Positions 7,305 through 15,659 of a DNA stretch of 28,165 bases are shown piece by piece (the stretch's first letter is position 1; every line of letters begins with the position of its first letter). Location of the stretch: positions 1 through 28,165 of IMG/VR virus record IMGVR_UViG_3300037420_001135. One strand, 5' to 3'. The position numbers and the translations under genes are program-made. The notes under the pieces were generated by a model, which made no database searches, was not told the origin of the DNA, and was given only the letters and a program-made list of their open reading frames with translations. The stretch is from a virus (Duplodnaviria; Caudoviricetes).

Positions 7305-8828
7305 GTGTCCCTCGATGCAGCCCTCAGCCAACTCAGCCGCCTCCCAGCCGATGAACGGTTGGCGGCGATTTTGGCTCTCGAAGAAAAGCGGAAGAAGGAG
7401 CATTTCGCTCGATACTGGCAAGCTACTCCTGCACAGCAGGAAGCAATCGCGCAGTTCACACCGGAGTTAAAAGTTTTCGGCCTCCTAGGAGGCAACCGGA
7501 GCGGAAAAACGGAATTAGGTGCCTTCCTCACCACCGCCGCCTTTCTCGGTAAAAGTTATTTCAAAGATGAACCCTCGTGGGACTTGGTAAAGGATGTCCC
7601 GCTTCCCGATGAAAACAAGCCTCGGATCATTTGGGCGACTGGACTTGATTACAACATCGTCAGGGATGTGATCCTGCAGGAGAAACTCCTGACAGGAAGA
7701 AACCATCCTGGCTTGATTCCTAAGCTCGATGAGAGCGTGATTGCGAAGGTCAGCGAATATGAGTCGCGGATCATTCACGCTGACGGAAGCATTCTCCAAT
7801 GCAAGTCGGCTGAAGCAGGACGTGAGAAGTTTCAAGCGGCCTCGGTCGATTGGGCGTGGATTGATGAGGAGCCGAACAAGGACATCTACGATGAAATCTT
7901 CCAGCGCACGATTGACTGTAATGGAAAGATTCTCATCACTCTCACTCCTTTGAACGACATCAACTCCGCCGCCCGCGAACCGTGGGTGTTTGACCTCCAT
8001 CAAGAATGGAAGGCGGGTCGGAAGGATGTGAGATTTGTTTCGCTCTCGGTTCTCGATAATCCGCATATTCCTGAGGACGAGAAAGAGCGGCTGAAGGCGA
8101 GATGGCTTAATGGTGATCCTGAAGGTAGGGCGCGAATTTACGGGGAGTTTATCTCCCGAGCTGGGCTGGTCTTCAAAGCGTTCAATCGAAACACGCACTT
8201 GGTAAAACGCTTCACGATTCCGAAAGAGTGGTACAGGCTGAATGTGATTGACCCTGCACCTACCGGACCCACAGGAAGTTGCTCAATCGCTTTTGCTCCG
8301 AATGGAGATGCGTATCTCGATTTGGAATACAAGGAACGAGATTTAATCGTCAGCGAACACGCGAAGAACCTAAGCACCCTCTATTCAGGAAACGTGATTG
8401 ACCTGTGGTTGATTGACCCGCGTGGTGGAAATCAGAAGAATGCGGAATCTCATCGCACTTGTAAAGACCTCTACGCGATGTCAGGAATCAACTGTCGGTT
8501 TCCGCAATTCGATGAGCAGTATGGTCGGGACATCTTCAACGAGTATTTGAACGCGACCACAGATTCAAATGCACGTCATCCGAAGTTCTTTGCTTTCGAT
8601 GACAATCACAAGTTCGTAGATGAGATCGAGACATATACCTACGACTTCCATGCACGAGGCAGGCTAAAAGGGTTGAGTAAGGATCGACCGGCTAAAGGTA
8701 ATGACGATATTTTGCAGTGCATCGGAATGGCTCTCGGTTACATGAACGGACGCAAGCCTCACCTTCGCTCGCGTGAATTTCGCGGTGGAATAGTGAAGCA
8801 TAACGCGCAACATAACTCGTATTTTTAA
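7305..8828 (+). CDS. terL: terminase large subunit
   Basis: Walker A GGNRSGKT, Walker B WIDEE, motif III TLTP, RNase H-like acidic residues (VIDP, IDP, NDD). Confidence 0.95.
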   Translation: MSLDAALSQLSRLPADERLAAILALEEKRKKEHFARYWQATPAQQEAIAQFTPELKVFGLLGGNRSGKTELGAFLTTAAFLGKSYFKDEPSWDLVKDVPLPDENKPRIIWATGLDYNIVRDVILQEKLLTGRNHPGLIPKLDESVIAKVSEYESRIIHADGSILQCKSAEAGREKFQAASVDWAWIDEEPNKDIYDEIFQRTIDCNGKILITLTPLNDINSAAREPWVFDLHQEWKAGRKDVRFVSLSVLDNPHIPEDEKERLKARWLNGDPEGRARIYGEFISRAGLVFKAFNRNTHLVKRFTIPKEWYRLNVIDPAPTGPTGSCSIAFAPNGDAYLDLEYKERDLIVSEHAKNLSTLYSGNVIDLWLIDPRGGNQKNAESHRTCKDLYAMSGINCRFPQFDEQYGRDIFNEYLNATTDSNARHPKFFAFDDNHKFVDEIETYTYDFHARGRLKGLSKDRPAKGNDDILQCIGMALGYMNGRKPHLRSREFRGGIVKHNAQHNSYF

Positions 8829-8830
8829 CA

Positions 8831-9028
8831 ATGAAACCTCAAAACAAATTCATCTGCAAAGGCCCGCACAGATTCCACTGCTGCGATGTAGTGGGAGTTC
8901 CCGCTTCAGGAGTCGCCGTGATTCTGGGAATGTGCGTGGATTGCGGAGAGACCTTCGCCAGTGAACATTCAGTGGCAAAGCCGGGTGAGGATTTGATCCT
9001 CCGCTCGGAGATCAAAACCAAAAAATAA
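8831..9028 (+). CDS. small Cys/His-rich protein
   Basis: CKGPH...CVDC; directly follows terL. Confidence 0.6.
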   Translation: MKPQNKFICKGPHRFHCCDVVGVPASGVAVILGMCVDCGETFASEHSVAKPGEDLILRSEIKTKK

Positions 9029-9041
9029 GGAATAAAACACA

Positions 9042-9476
9042 ATGCTCTTTCAAAATTCAACTCCGGCACTCGGTTCAGGTGCATCAGTCAATGGCAACCT
9101 GATTCCGACCGTTTCCCTAAAAAACATCACCATTTCTGCAACCGACGTTTCACGCTCTCTGTTCATCTGTCCCGCAGGCGATGCCTATCAGCTCGTGGGC
9201 ATTGATGTTGTGTTTGGAACCGCCTCGACCTCGGGCACGCTTCAGCTTGAAAAGTTGACCGGCACCACGGCTCCTGGTTCGGGTACGGCCATGCTGACGG
9301 GTACTGTGGCGCTCTCAGGCAGCGCAAATACCGTCGCCAGTGGCACTGTTTTGAGCGGTGACGCGGCTGCGCTGAAACTCGGTGGCGGTGATCGTCTGGG
9401 CCTCAAGCTTGCGGGTACTCTCACGAACCTCGCGGGTTGTGTTGCGACCATCCGCCTAAAGAGGATCTTGGCTTAA
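9042..9476 (+). CDS. putative virion beta-sandwich (decoration/fibre-like) protein
   Basis: Gly/Thr/Ala-rich with beta-strand pattern; resembles the C-terminal domain of 10683..12389. Confidence 0.55.
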   Translation: MLFQNSTPALGSGASVNGNLIPTVSLKNITISATDVSRSLFICPAGDAYQLVGIDVVFGTASTSGTLQLEKLTGTTAPGSGTAMLTGTVALSGSANTVASGTVLSGDAAALKLGGGDRLGLKLAGTLTNLAGCVATIRLKRILA

Positions 9477-9754
9477 TGCTGACTTTCCTCTCAATAGTCT
9501 TTGTCGGGCTGTGCGCGTTTGATGCGTGGTTTTCTGCGCGTCAGATGCGATTGTTCGGTATCGCTGTTGAGTTGAACCGTTTTGTCCGATTCCTATGCGG
9601 ACGGTTCGGCATAGAGATCGGCGCAATCATTGGAGTGGGAGGGCCGAGTGTTGCTTTGCTCGCCCTCTCTCTTATTTTTCACGCGGAAGTCCCACTCGCG
9701 TTGATTGTAGGTTTCCGCTTCGCCCTTTTTCTCAAGCAGGTGATTCAACTGTGA
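9476..9754 (+). CDS. small membrane protein (DUF5658-like)
   Basis: TAATG overlap start; about three hydrophobic segments; D...G...ELN motif. Confidence 0.55.
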   Translation: MLTFLSIVFVGLCAFDAWFSARQMRLFGIAVELNRFVRFLCGRFGIEIGAIIGVGGPSVALLALSLIFHAEVPLALIVGFRFALFLKQVIQL

Positions 9755-10059
9755 GCAAGAGAACTCCCAAACATCAAGAAGACACAACGGGAATCTACAT
9801 CGTCCCGTCATGCCCGCTACACGGCTACACCGGAAGAGGTTCAGTCATGCCTGAGGTGATGGGATGCGCGTCGTGTGTGGAAGTAAACGCTCTCTACGCG
9901 GTTGCATCGAGTGACAGTTCGCAAAGTTACGTCAAGGTGCAAATGCTTCAAGACCTCGTGCATCACTGGGCGGAGGGCATCAAGTCGGGAAAGTTCACTA
10001 CTGTTGAGGATCTGATTTCCGATTTCAAAGTCGAGAAGAACGGACAGAAGCTCAACTAA
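9751..10059 (+). CDS. hypothetical protein with CPLH/CASC motifs
   Basis: GTGA overlap start, in frame with the track ORF 9595..10059. Confidence 0.6.
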   Translation: MSKRTPKHQEDTTGIYIVPSCPLHGYTGRGSVMPEVMGCASCVEVNALYAVASSDSSQSYVKVQMLQDLVHHWAEGIKSGKFTTVEDLISDFKVEKNGQKLN

Positions 10060-10060
10060 A

Positions 10061-10086
10061 CATCTCCCAAAAACCTTTCAATCTCA
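10061..10086 (+). repeat. dispersed repeat copy 8
   Basis: CATCTCCC-AAAAA-CCTTTCAATCTCA fills the gap between a stop and a start. Confidence 0.9.
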
Positions 10087-10089
10087 ACA

Positions 10090-10308
10090 ATGAAAACCTT
10101 CCTAAAATCCTGCTTTTCTGAAGCCGATGGCACAGTCAGCTTTTCTCGCTGCATAACGCTTCCCATCGTCTGCGCGGTCCTTGCCTGGGACTCGTGCTTT
10201 TTGAAAATTACTCACACCTTGCCTGATCCGATGACGCTTGGCGCGCAAGGGGTTCTGATGACCCTCTTCTACGGCGTGAACCGTAGCGCAGACGTTTTCA
10301 AAAAGTAA
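10090..10308 (+). CDS. holin-like small membrane protein
   Basis: 72 aa, two hydrophobic segments, SEADG.SFSR N-terminus, basic C-terminus. Confidence 0.55.
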   Translation: MKTFLKSCFSEADGTVSFSRCITLPIVCAVLAWDSCFLKITHTLPDPMTLGAQGVLMTLFYGVNRSADVFKK

Positions 10309-10312
10309 TTTT

Positions 10313-10334
10313 CATCCCCCCAAAACCTTTCAAT
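10313..10334 (+). repeat. dispersed repeat copy 9 (degenerate)
   Basis: CATCCCCC-CAAAA-CCTTTCAAT. Confidence 0.75.
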
Positions 10335-10371
10335 TACCTCCCTCTCAATCCCCGCCTAGGAAAAATCTAAA

Positions 10372-10683
10372 ATGGCCATCCTCTCCTCTCTCTTAACCCA
10401 CTCCGAAGCCCCCACGATCACAGGAACTCTCGCAACCACCACCTCTAGCGCGGCAATTGAGGTTGGCTCGAACGCGGCGGTTGCGATTGTTGGCACGGGA
10501 AACATGCACATCAAAGCAGGAACCTCTTCGGGCATGAATGCGGCTTCCACTTCGGATTTCCTCATTCCTTCGGGAGTCGTCTACACGATGGGCACAGGTC
10601 GGAATGTCACGCACATCCGCATCTACAACCCGACTGCGGGGAACGTTACCTACTACATCCAGCGTTTGGAGTCGGCGCGATAA
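10372..10683 (+). CDS. putative small virion beta protein
   Basis: Thr/Ser/Ala-rich; TAATG-coupled to the next gene. Confidence 0.6.
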   Translation: MAILSSLLTHSEAPTITGTLATTTSSAAIEVGSNAAVAIVGTGNMHIKAGTSSGMNAASTSDFLIPSGVVYTMGTGRNVTHIRIYNPTAGNVTYYIQRLESAR

Positions 10684-12389
10684 TGCGGAAGATAATTCTC
10701 ACAATTGCGCTCTCATCCCTCGCATTCGCCCAAGGACAATTCGGCGGTGGCGGAGGTGGGAATTCCTCTCTCCCCGACCAATCGGGTCAGTCAGGCAAAT
10801 TCCTCTCCACTAACGGCACCACGACCCAATGGAGCACTCCTGCTGGTGCGGGAGACGTGGCGGGACCGGCTTCGTCTACGGACTCACAGATGGTTCTATT
10901 TAATGGAATCACTGGAAAAGCCATCAAAGTTTCTTCGCTCTCGGGTGTAATCAAATCCACTTCGGGTGTTCCGAGTGCGGCTGCGGCAGCCGATATCGTC
11001 ACATTGTGGGCTGCAGGTGCGTGTTCGGGCTTGCTAAAAAGTGATGCGACTTGTGTAGCTGCACCTGCGAATACAACGGCCACAGCAAGCAATTTCTTTA
11101 CCGCATACAACTCAAGTACTGGCGCATTCACCAAAGCACAACCCGCGTTCTCAGACATTAGTGGCACAGCAACTTCCGCTCAGTTACCCAACCCCGGCGC
11201 ATCGGCTGGTGGAAAGGTGCAATCAAAAGATTGCACTGGAACAGGACACGTACTTTCTATTAACACCGATTCAACGGTAACGTGTTCGGCTGATTCTGGT
11301 GGGGGCGGTGGATCTGGAACGGTCAGCTCTGCGACCGTCAATCAGGTCGCCGTCTATACCGGCACAACGACAGTAGGTGGCGATGCTGGGATGACGTATG
11401 ACTCGGCCACCGACACGCTAACGGTTGGTGCTGTTACTACTACGGGCACAGCGGGTGAAGGCTCGTCTTGGAAATTCTCAGAAGGCACAACTCCCGCAAG
11501 TGGTCCAGCTGCGGGAAAGACCTTTCTTTACGCCGATTCAACATCCCACACCATTAAGGCTTCTTTCAATAACGGAAGTTATGTGGATTTGGCCAGAACT
11601 TCGGGCACGCTGACCTCGGGCAACTGCGCGAAGTTCGACGCGAGCGGGAACATCGTAGATAACGGTGCAGCGTGCGGAGGCGGTGGCAGCACGCCAACGG
11701 GCACAGGCTTCACGCATATCACTTCCGGCACGCAGGATGCGGCTGCTGCGCTTGTGAATCTAACTAGCTCGTCTCACGTTGCGGCAAACCAAGGTACGAC
11801 GACGCAAGTTTTGCATGGTAATGCGGCGGGTCAGGCTTCATGGTCAGCCGTAAGTCTTGCCAACGATGTGACTGGAAATCTTTCAGTCAACAATCTAAAC
11901 AGCGGAACAGGCGCGTCATCGTCAACGTTCTGGCGTGGGGATGGTACATGGGCTACCCCATCAGGTTCGGGCATCGGCACGGTGTTTGGGTTCTATGGCG
12001 GGGTCTCGGTAAGTGCATCAACAACAAGTTACTGTCCGATTCTCGGAGGCAACGTAGGTGGGTCGGGCGCGTGCTCGACAACGGAAGCAGACCGGACGAC
12101 CAAGATTCCGGTGGCCTGTACCGCCAAGAACCTTTACATCTATCTCGGCTCGGCACAATCCGGCACTGGAAGTCAGGTGCTCACGCTGCGCAAGGGTGCA
12201 ACTGTGGCGGGCATGGCCGACACGACCCTGACGGTGACGGTAGCGGCCGGGGCAACAGACGCAACTGTCACTCCTGATACGACGCATACAGTGGCGCTCT
12301 CGGCGGGGGACTATGTCTCGCTGAAGATCCAGAACAACGCCACCGCAGGTTCTGGCGTGGTTAATACCTACACCTTCCAGTGCCAATGA
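10683..12389 (+). CDS. fibre-like protein with N-terminal signal peptide
   Basis: MRKIILTIALSSLAFA|Q leader; Gly/Ser/Thr-rich fibre motifs (GKFLSTNGT, TFWRGDGTW, CAKFDASG). Confidence 0.75.
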   Translation: MRKIILTIALSSLAFAQGQFGGGGGGNSSLPDQSGQSGKFLSTNGTTTQWSTPAGAGDVAGPASSTDSQMVLFNGITGKAIKVSSLSGVIKSTSGVPSAAAAADIVTLWAAGACSGLLKSDATCVAAPANTTATASNFFTAYNSSTGAFTKAQPAFSDISGTATSAQLPNPGASAGGKVQSKDCTGTGHVLSINTDSTVTCSADSGGGGGSGTVSSATVNQVAVYTGTTTVGGDAGMTYDSATDTLTVGAVTTTGTAGEGSSWKFSEGTTPASGPAAGKTFLYADSTSHTIKASFNNGSYVDLARTSGTLTSGNCAKFDASGNIVDNGAACGGGGSTPTGTGFTHITSGTQDAAAALVNLTSSSHVAANQGTTTQVLHGNAAGQASWSAVSLANDVTGNLSVNNLNSGTGASSSTFWRGDGTWATPSGSGIGTVFGFYGGVSVSASTTSYCPILGGNVGGSGACSTTEADRTTKIPVACTAKNLYIYLGSAQSGTGSQVLTLRKGATVAGMADTTLTVTVAAGATDATVTPDTTHTVALSAGDYVSLKIQNNATAGSGVVNTYTFQCQ

Positions 12390-14251
12390 AGAAAGTCCTG
12401 CTTTTATTGCCGGTGCTTGCATCGCTTGCGTATGCGGGAGTGTGTCCCGGCGCGGCACCTGCGATTACCTCAGGTCCGACCGCAACAGCCCTCTCAACAA
12501 CTTCTGTCCGTGTGGACTGGACGACTGACTCACCCTCAGATTCATTCCTGATGTGGTCGGTTCCCAACGATGATGGTGGAAGCGTGGGAGATGCGTCCGG
12601 TGCTGGTCATACTGCAACGCTGGACACAGGAGGGGTAACTTCGCATTCGGTGACTGTCACCGGAATCTATCCAGCCGGGATTAGCTGGTACACGCAAGTT
12701 CGTTCGCGTTGTATTGCAGACACAAGCAAGTACATTCTTGCTACGGTGTTCATGAGTCCGACTGCCGCAGGCGCGGGATCTTACGACTATCGTCTGAACT
12801 TCTGGGGAGCGCACCACGTAGATGCGGGACATGACCTGCCTCTCGGCATGGACTTCTACTTGCTTTCTGATACAAGTTCAAGTCCAAATCATGCCTTGAG
12901 CGTCGTGGCTCAGAACTTACCCCCAGGAGCTACACTCTCGACCGATTCTGGTTCATTCGTGTGCGGCGGCGGCAATCACGTCAATGTTGTGGGGACTACA
13001 CTCACTTATTATCAGGACTGCACTGACCCAATCAATCTCAAGATCACCATTCCATCGAACACAACGCCGGGAACGTATAACACAAATTTCCATGTAACAG
13101 CAGCGGGTGGAGTACCAGCGGCAAAAGATTATCCGTGGACAATCGTCGTTGACTCGCCAGCTACGTTCACATTCGGGAATCCGAACTGGAGCACGACGCC
13201 GCAGATTCCGTGTTTAACAACAGGCTCATTACAGATGGATGGCTCACCATGTCCGAGGACATGGACAGGCGTCATGACCACGTACGCAGCACTGCGCTGC
13301 AACGACGCAACTTCGATCGGCAGTGAAAACACTCCTTATTACTACGATGGCTGGTGGGTGTTCTTGCGCGTCAAACAGTACGACGCGACCTTTGGGCTGA
13401 CTGGTAATTCGTCGCAATGGGATGCCTGCATTACGAATGTAAAGAACACGTACCTTCCGTATGCAGCGGGTTCACCGGCAGGCTGGCGTGTTTATCCAAG
13501 GGGACCGTACTACCATTGGCTGCTTAATGGAGACACCGCAGCGAAGTCTGCCGTGCAAAACCTTGCGACGAATGCGTCTGAGGCGAACTTAGCGTCAAAT
13601 GCAAATGTGCGCACGGTGCTTACTCGTGAAGCTGTCTACAAGCTTGACGCAGAACTTTACAACGCCAAGACTGGCGACACATCGCGCTCTGCGTATATGC
13701 AGAAGGCGCTGGACATCAACATCGGACGAGCCGATGAATGGGTGACGACGGGGCATGCTCCCTATATCCAACCCTTCTACACGGGACTGTGGGCGCAATC
13801 TCTGATTGACTGCTATGAATCACCACAATGCGTAGGCTATCAGGATAAGCGCATCCCGAAAGCCATCAAGACGGTTGCTGATTATTTATGGACGAACGCA
13901 TGGAACCTGAGTCTTTATCCGAACGCTTTTTATTACAACTCAGCCAACTATGCAGCTGGGCTTCCAGCGAGCGCAGGTTCTGACAACAGACAGCTCAACC
14001 ACTTCATCGCGCCCATGTACGCATGGTTGTTCAGTATCACAGGCGATTCTACTTATCAGGTCAGAGGCGACACCATATTCCAGAATGCGATCCTGCTCGA
14101 TCCGGTGAACGGCGGGTGCGGAGAAACCAACGGGCATTTTCCGTTCGGAGAGTGCTACCGCTTCAGTTTTGACTACGTGAAGTGGCGCAGTGCGCCCACC
14201 ACGAAGCACGTCGGAAAGGGCGTGACGGTTAGAGGCGGGACGGTTCGTTAG
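12386..14251 (+). CDS. signal-peptide protein with Fn3/Ig-like domains and an aromatic-rich helical (glycosidase/lyase-like) domain
   Basis: MKKVLLLLPVLASLAYA|G leader; VDWTTDSPSDS...HSVTVTG Fn3-like pattern; ATGA overlap start at 12386. Confidence 0.7.
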   Translation: MKKVLLLLPVLASLAYAGVCPGAAPAITSGPTATALSTTSVRVDWTTDSPSDSFLMWSVPNDDGGSVGDASGAGHTATLDTGGVTSHSVTVTGIYPAGISWYTQVRSRCIADTSKYILATVFMSPTAAGAGSYDYRLNFWGAHHVDAGHDLPLGMDFYLLSDTSSSPNHALSVVAQNLPPGATLSTDSGSFVCGGGNHVNVVGTTLTYYQDCTDPINLKITIPSNTTPGTYNTNFHVTAAGGVPAAKDYPWTIVVDSPATFTFGNPNWSTTPQIPCLTTGSLQMDGSPCPRTWTGVMTTYAALRCNDATSIGSENTPYYYDGWWVFLRVKQYDATFGLTGNSSQWDACITNVKNTYLPYAAGSPAGWRVYPRGPYYHWLLNGDTAAKSAVQNLATNASEANLASNANVRTVLTREAVYKLDAELYNAKTGDTSRSAYMQKALDINIGRADEWVTTGHAPYIQPFYTGLWAQSLIDCYESPQCVGYQDKRIPKAIKTVADYLWTNAWNLSLYPNAFYYNSANYAAGLPASAGSDNRQLNHFIAPMYAWLFSITGDSTYQVRGDTIFQNAILLDPVNGGCGETNGHFPFGECYRFSFDYVKWRSAPTTKHVGKGVTVRGGTVR

Positions 14252-14898
14252 CAGAACCAATAATTCGTCTTGCGTTCTCCATCGAGACGCGGACGAAGTG
14301 AACCGGAATCTTCGATATAGCAGGAATACCCGAGCATCTGCATTTGGTCGAAGAGTGGCGAGTCCCAGTTCGACTCGATGAGCCACATAGGACGATGGCG
14401 AGAGATGGTTGTTAAAGCTCCCTTGATGACGGGTAATTCGTGGCCTTCGACATCGACCTTGATGAAGTCGATCCGAGGAAGATTGAGCGAGTCAACGGTG
14501 ATGCAGGGGATGTCACCGGAATCGGCAACGATGTGGGCCTCGTAGATGTTAGGACACTCCATTGAGACGGTGCCGAGATGGTCGGAGACAGCGGCGTTGT
14601 GCAGGGTGACGTTAGGCAGTTCGCGGACGTTGTTTTTGAGGAAAGAAAACGTTTCCCGCATCGGTTCGATGGAAATGACCTGTGATGAAAGTCTCGATAG
14701 GTGCTTGGTGAAGATGCCGAGATTGGCTCCAAGGTCGAGGCAGACGAAGTCAGGTTTGATGACATGCGGCAGGATAGCAAGGTCCGCTTCGTCATTCACG
14801 GTGCTGCGCTGGAAGGTGCGTTGATAGTGAAACCGCTTTGCCACATGCAGAAGCGGCGACGGTAGATGGTGAGCGAGGGTCTTGAGTGCAGTGTTCAT
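14248..14898 (-). CDS. FkbM-family SAM-dependent methyltransferase
   Basis: LDLGANLG, IEP, NAAVSD and IDFIKVDVEGHE motifs. Confidence 0.9.
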   Translation of the reverse strand: MNTALKTLAHHLPSPLLHVAKRFHYQRTFQRSTVNDEADLAILPHVIKPDFVCLDLGANLGIFTKHLSRLSSQVISIEPMRETFSFLKNNVRELPNVTLHNAAVSDHLGTVSMECPNIYEAHIVADSGDIPCITVDSLNLPRIDFIKVDVEGHELPVIKGALTTISRHRPMWLIESNWDSPLFDQMQMLGYSCYIEDSGSLRPRLDGERKTNYWFC

Positions 14899-15131
14899 TT
14901 GGAACTCAGTGTCACGAGAAACAGGGTCATGCTGATGGCGAACAGAACATTGAATGAATAGGCGGCTGCATAGATGGCCGCAAACAGTAAAGCCATACAG
15001 ACCAGCGTTTTGAAGAATTCCCGCACAGTGCTTACCAAGCCGTGTTTTCGAGGTGGTTCGGATCTTCTTCGTTTATCGCATTCCACATGCGACGGAGCAG
15101 CTTTAGCAGTCGTTCCATAACAGGCCAGCAA
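14895..15131 (-). CDS. small membrane protein (start uncertain)
   Basis: Hydrophobic C-terminal half; ATGA overlap with the FkbM gene. Confidence 0.45.
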   Translation of the reverse strand: MLACYGTTAKAAPSHVECDKRRRSEPPRKHGLVSTVREFFKTLVCMALLFAAIYAAAYSFNVLFAISMTLFLVTLSSK

Positions 15132-15659
15132 GTCTATTACGGAAACGGGAAAGATAACAAGGTAGTTACTCCTCAGTTATCCCCTCCATCTCCCTCAAAT
15201 CCTTTCCATCTCAATCCCTCCGAAAGCTCCCCCTTGGAAATTCTTCTTATCGGCCTCGTTATTTCGCTCTTTTTCCACGCGAAAACCCATCTCCCAAAGC
15301 TTAGGAAAGTGAAGTTTCTGAAAGGTTTTAAGGGAGATGTTTTGGGGTGGGCTGTCGGTTTCTGCCTGCTCATCCACTTCCTCGACATCATTTCAACCAT
15401 GTTGGGAATGCGGGTCGGACTCTCTGAGTCAAACCCCTACATGCGAGATCCCTACACGCTCCAGTTCGTTCTCTCGTTGGGGATTAGCGTAAAGGCTCTC
15501 TGCACTCTGTTCTACGCTGCTCTCCCCTCTTACTTCATCCTCCGCGCCACCAAAAATCCCCTCCTCGCTTCCCTCCCCTTTTGGTGGGATGCATGGGAAG
15601 TGATTCCCGCCGTTGTGAACAACATCCTTCTCCTCCTTTTCAAACTTCATGGAAACTAA
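15042..15659 (+). CDS. membrane protein (DUF5658-like); true start probably further downstream
   Basis: DIISTMLG...SESNP motif and several hydrophobic segments. Confidence 0.55.
   Translation: MFSRWFGSSSFIAFHMRRSSFSSRSITGQQVYYGNGKDNKVVTPQLSPPSPSNPFHLNPSESSPLEILLIGLVISLFFHAKTHLPKLRKVKFLKGFKGDVLGWAVGFCLLIHFLDIISTMLGMRVGLSESNPYMRDPYTLQFVLSLGISVKALCTLFYAALPSYFILRATKNPLLASLPFWWDAWEVIPAVVNNILLLLFKLHGN
15187..15213 (+). repeat. dispersed repeat copy 10
   Basis: CATCTCCC-TCAAAT-CCTTTCCATCTCA. Confidence 0.85.
15318..15339 (-). repeat. dispersed repeat copy 11 (short form)
   Basis: CTGAAAGG-TTTTAA-GGGAGATG on the plus strand. Confidence 0.85.
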
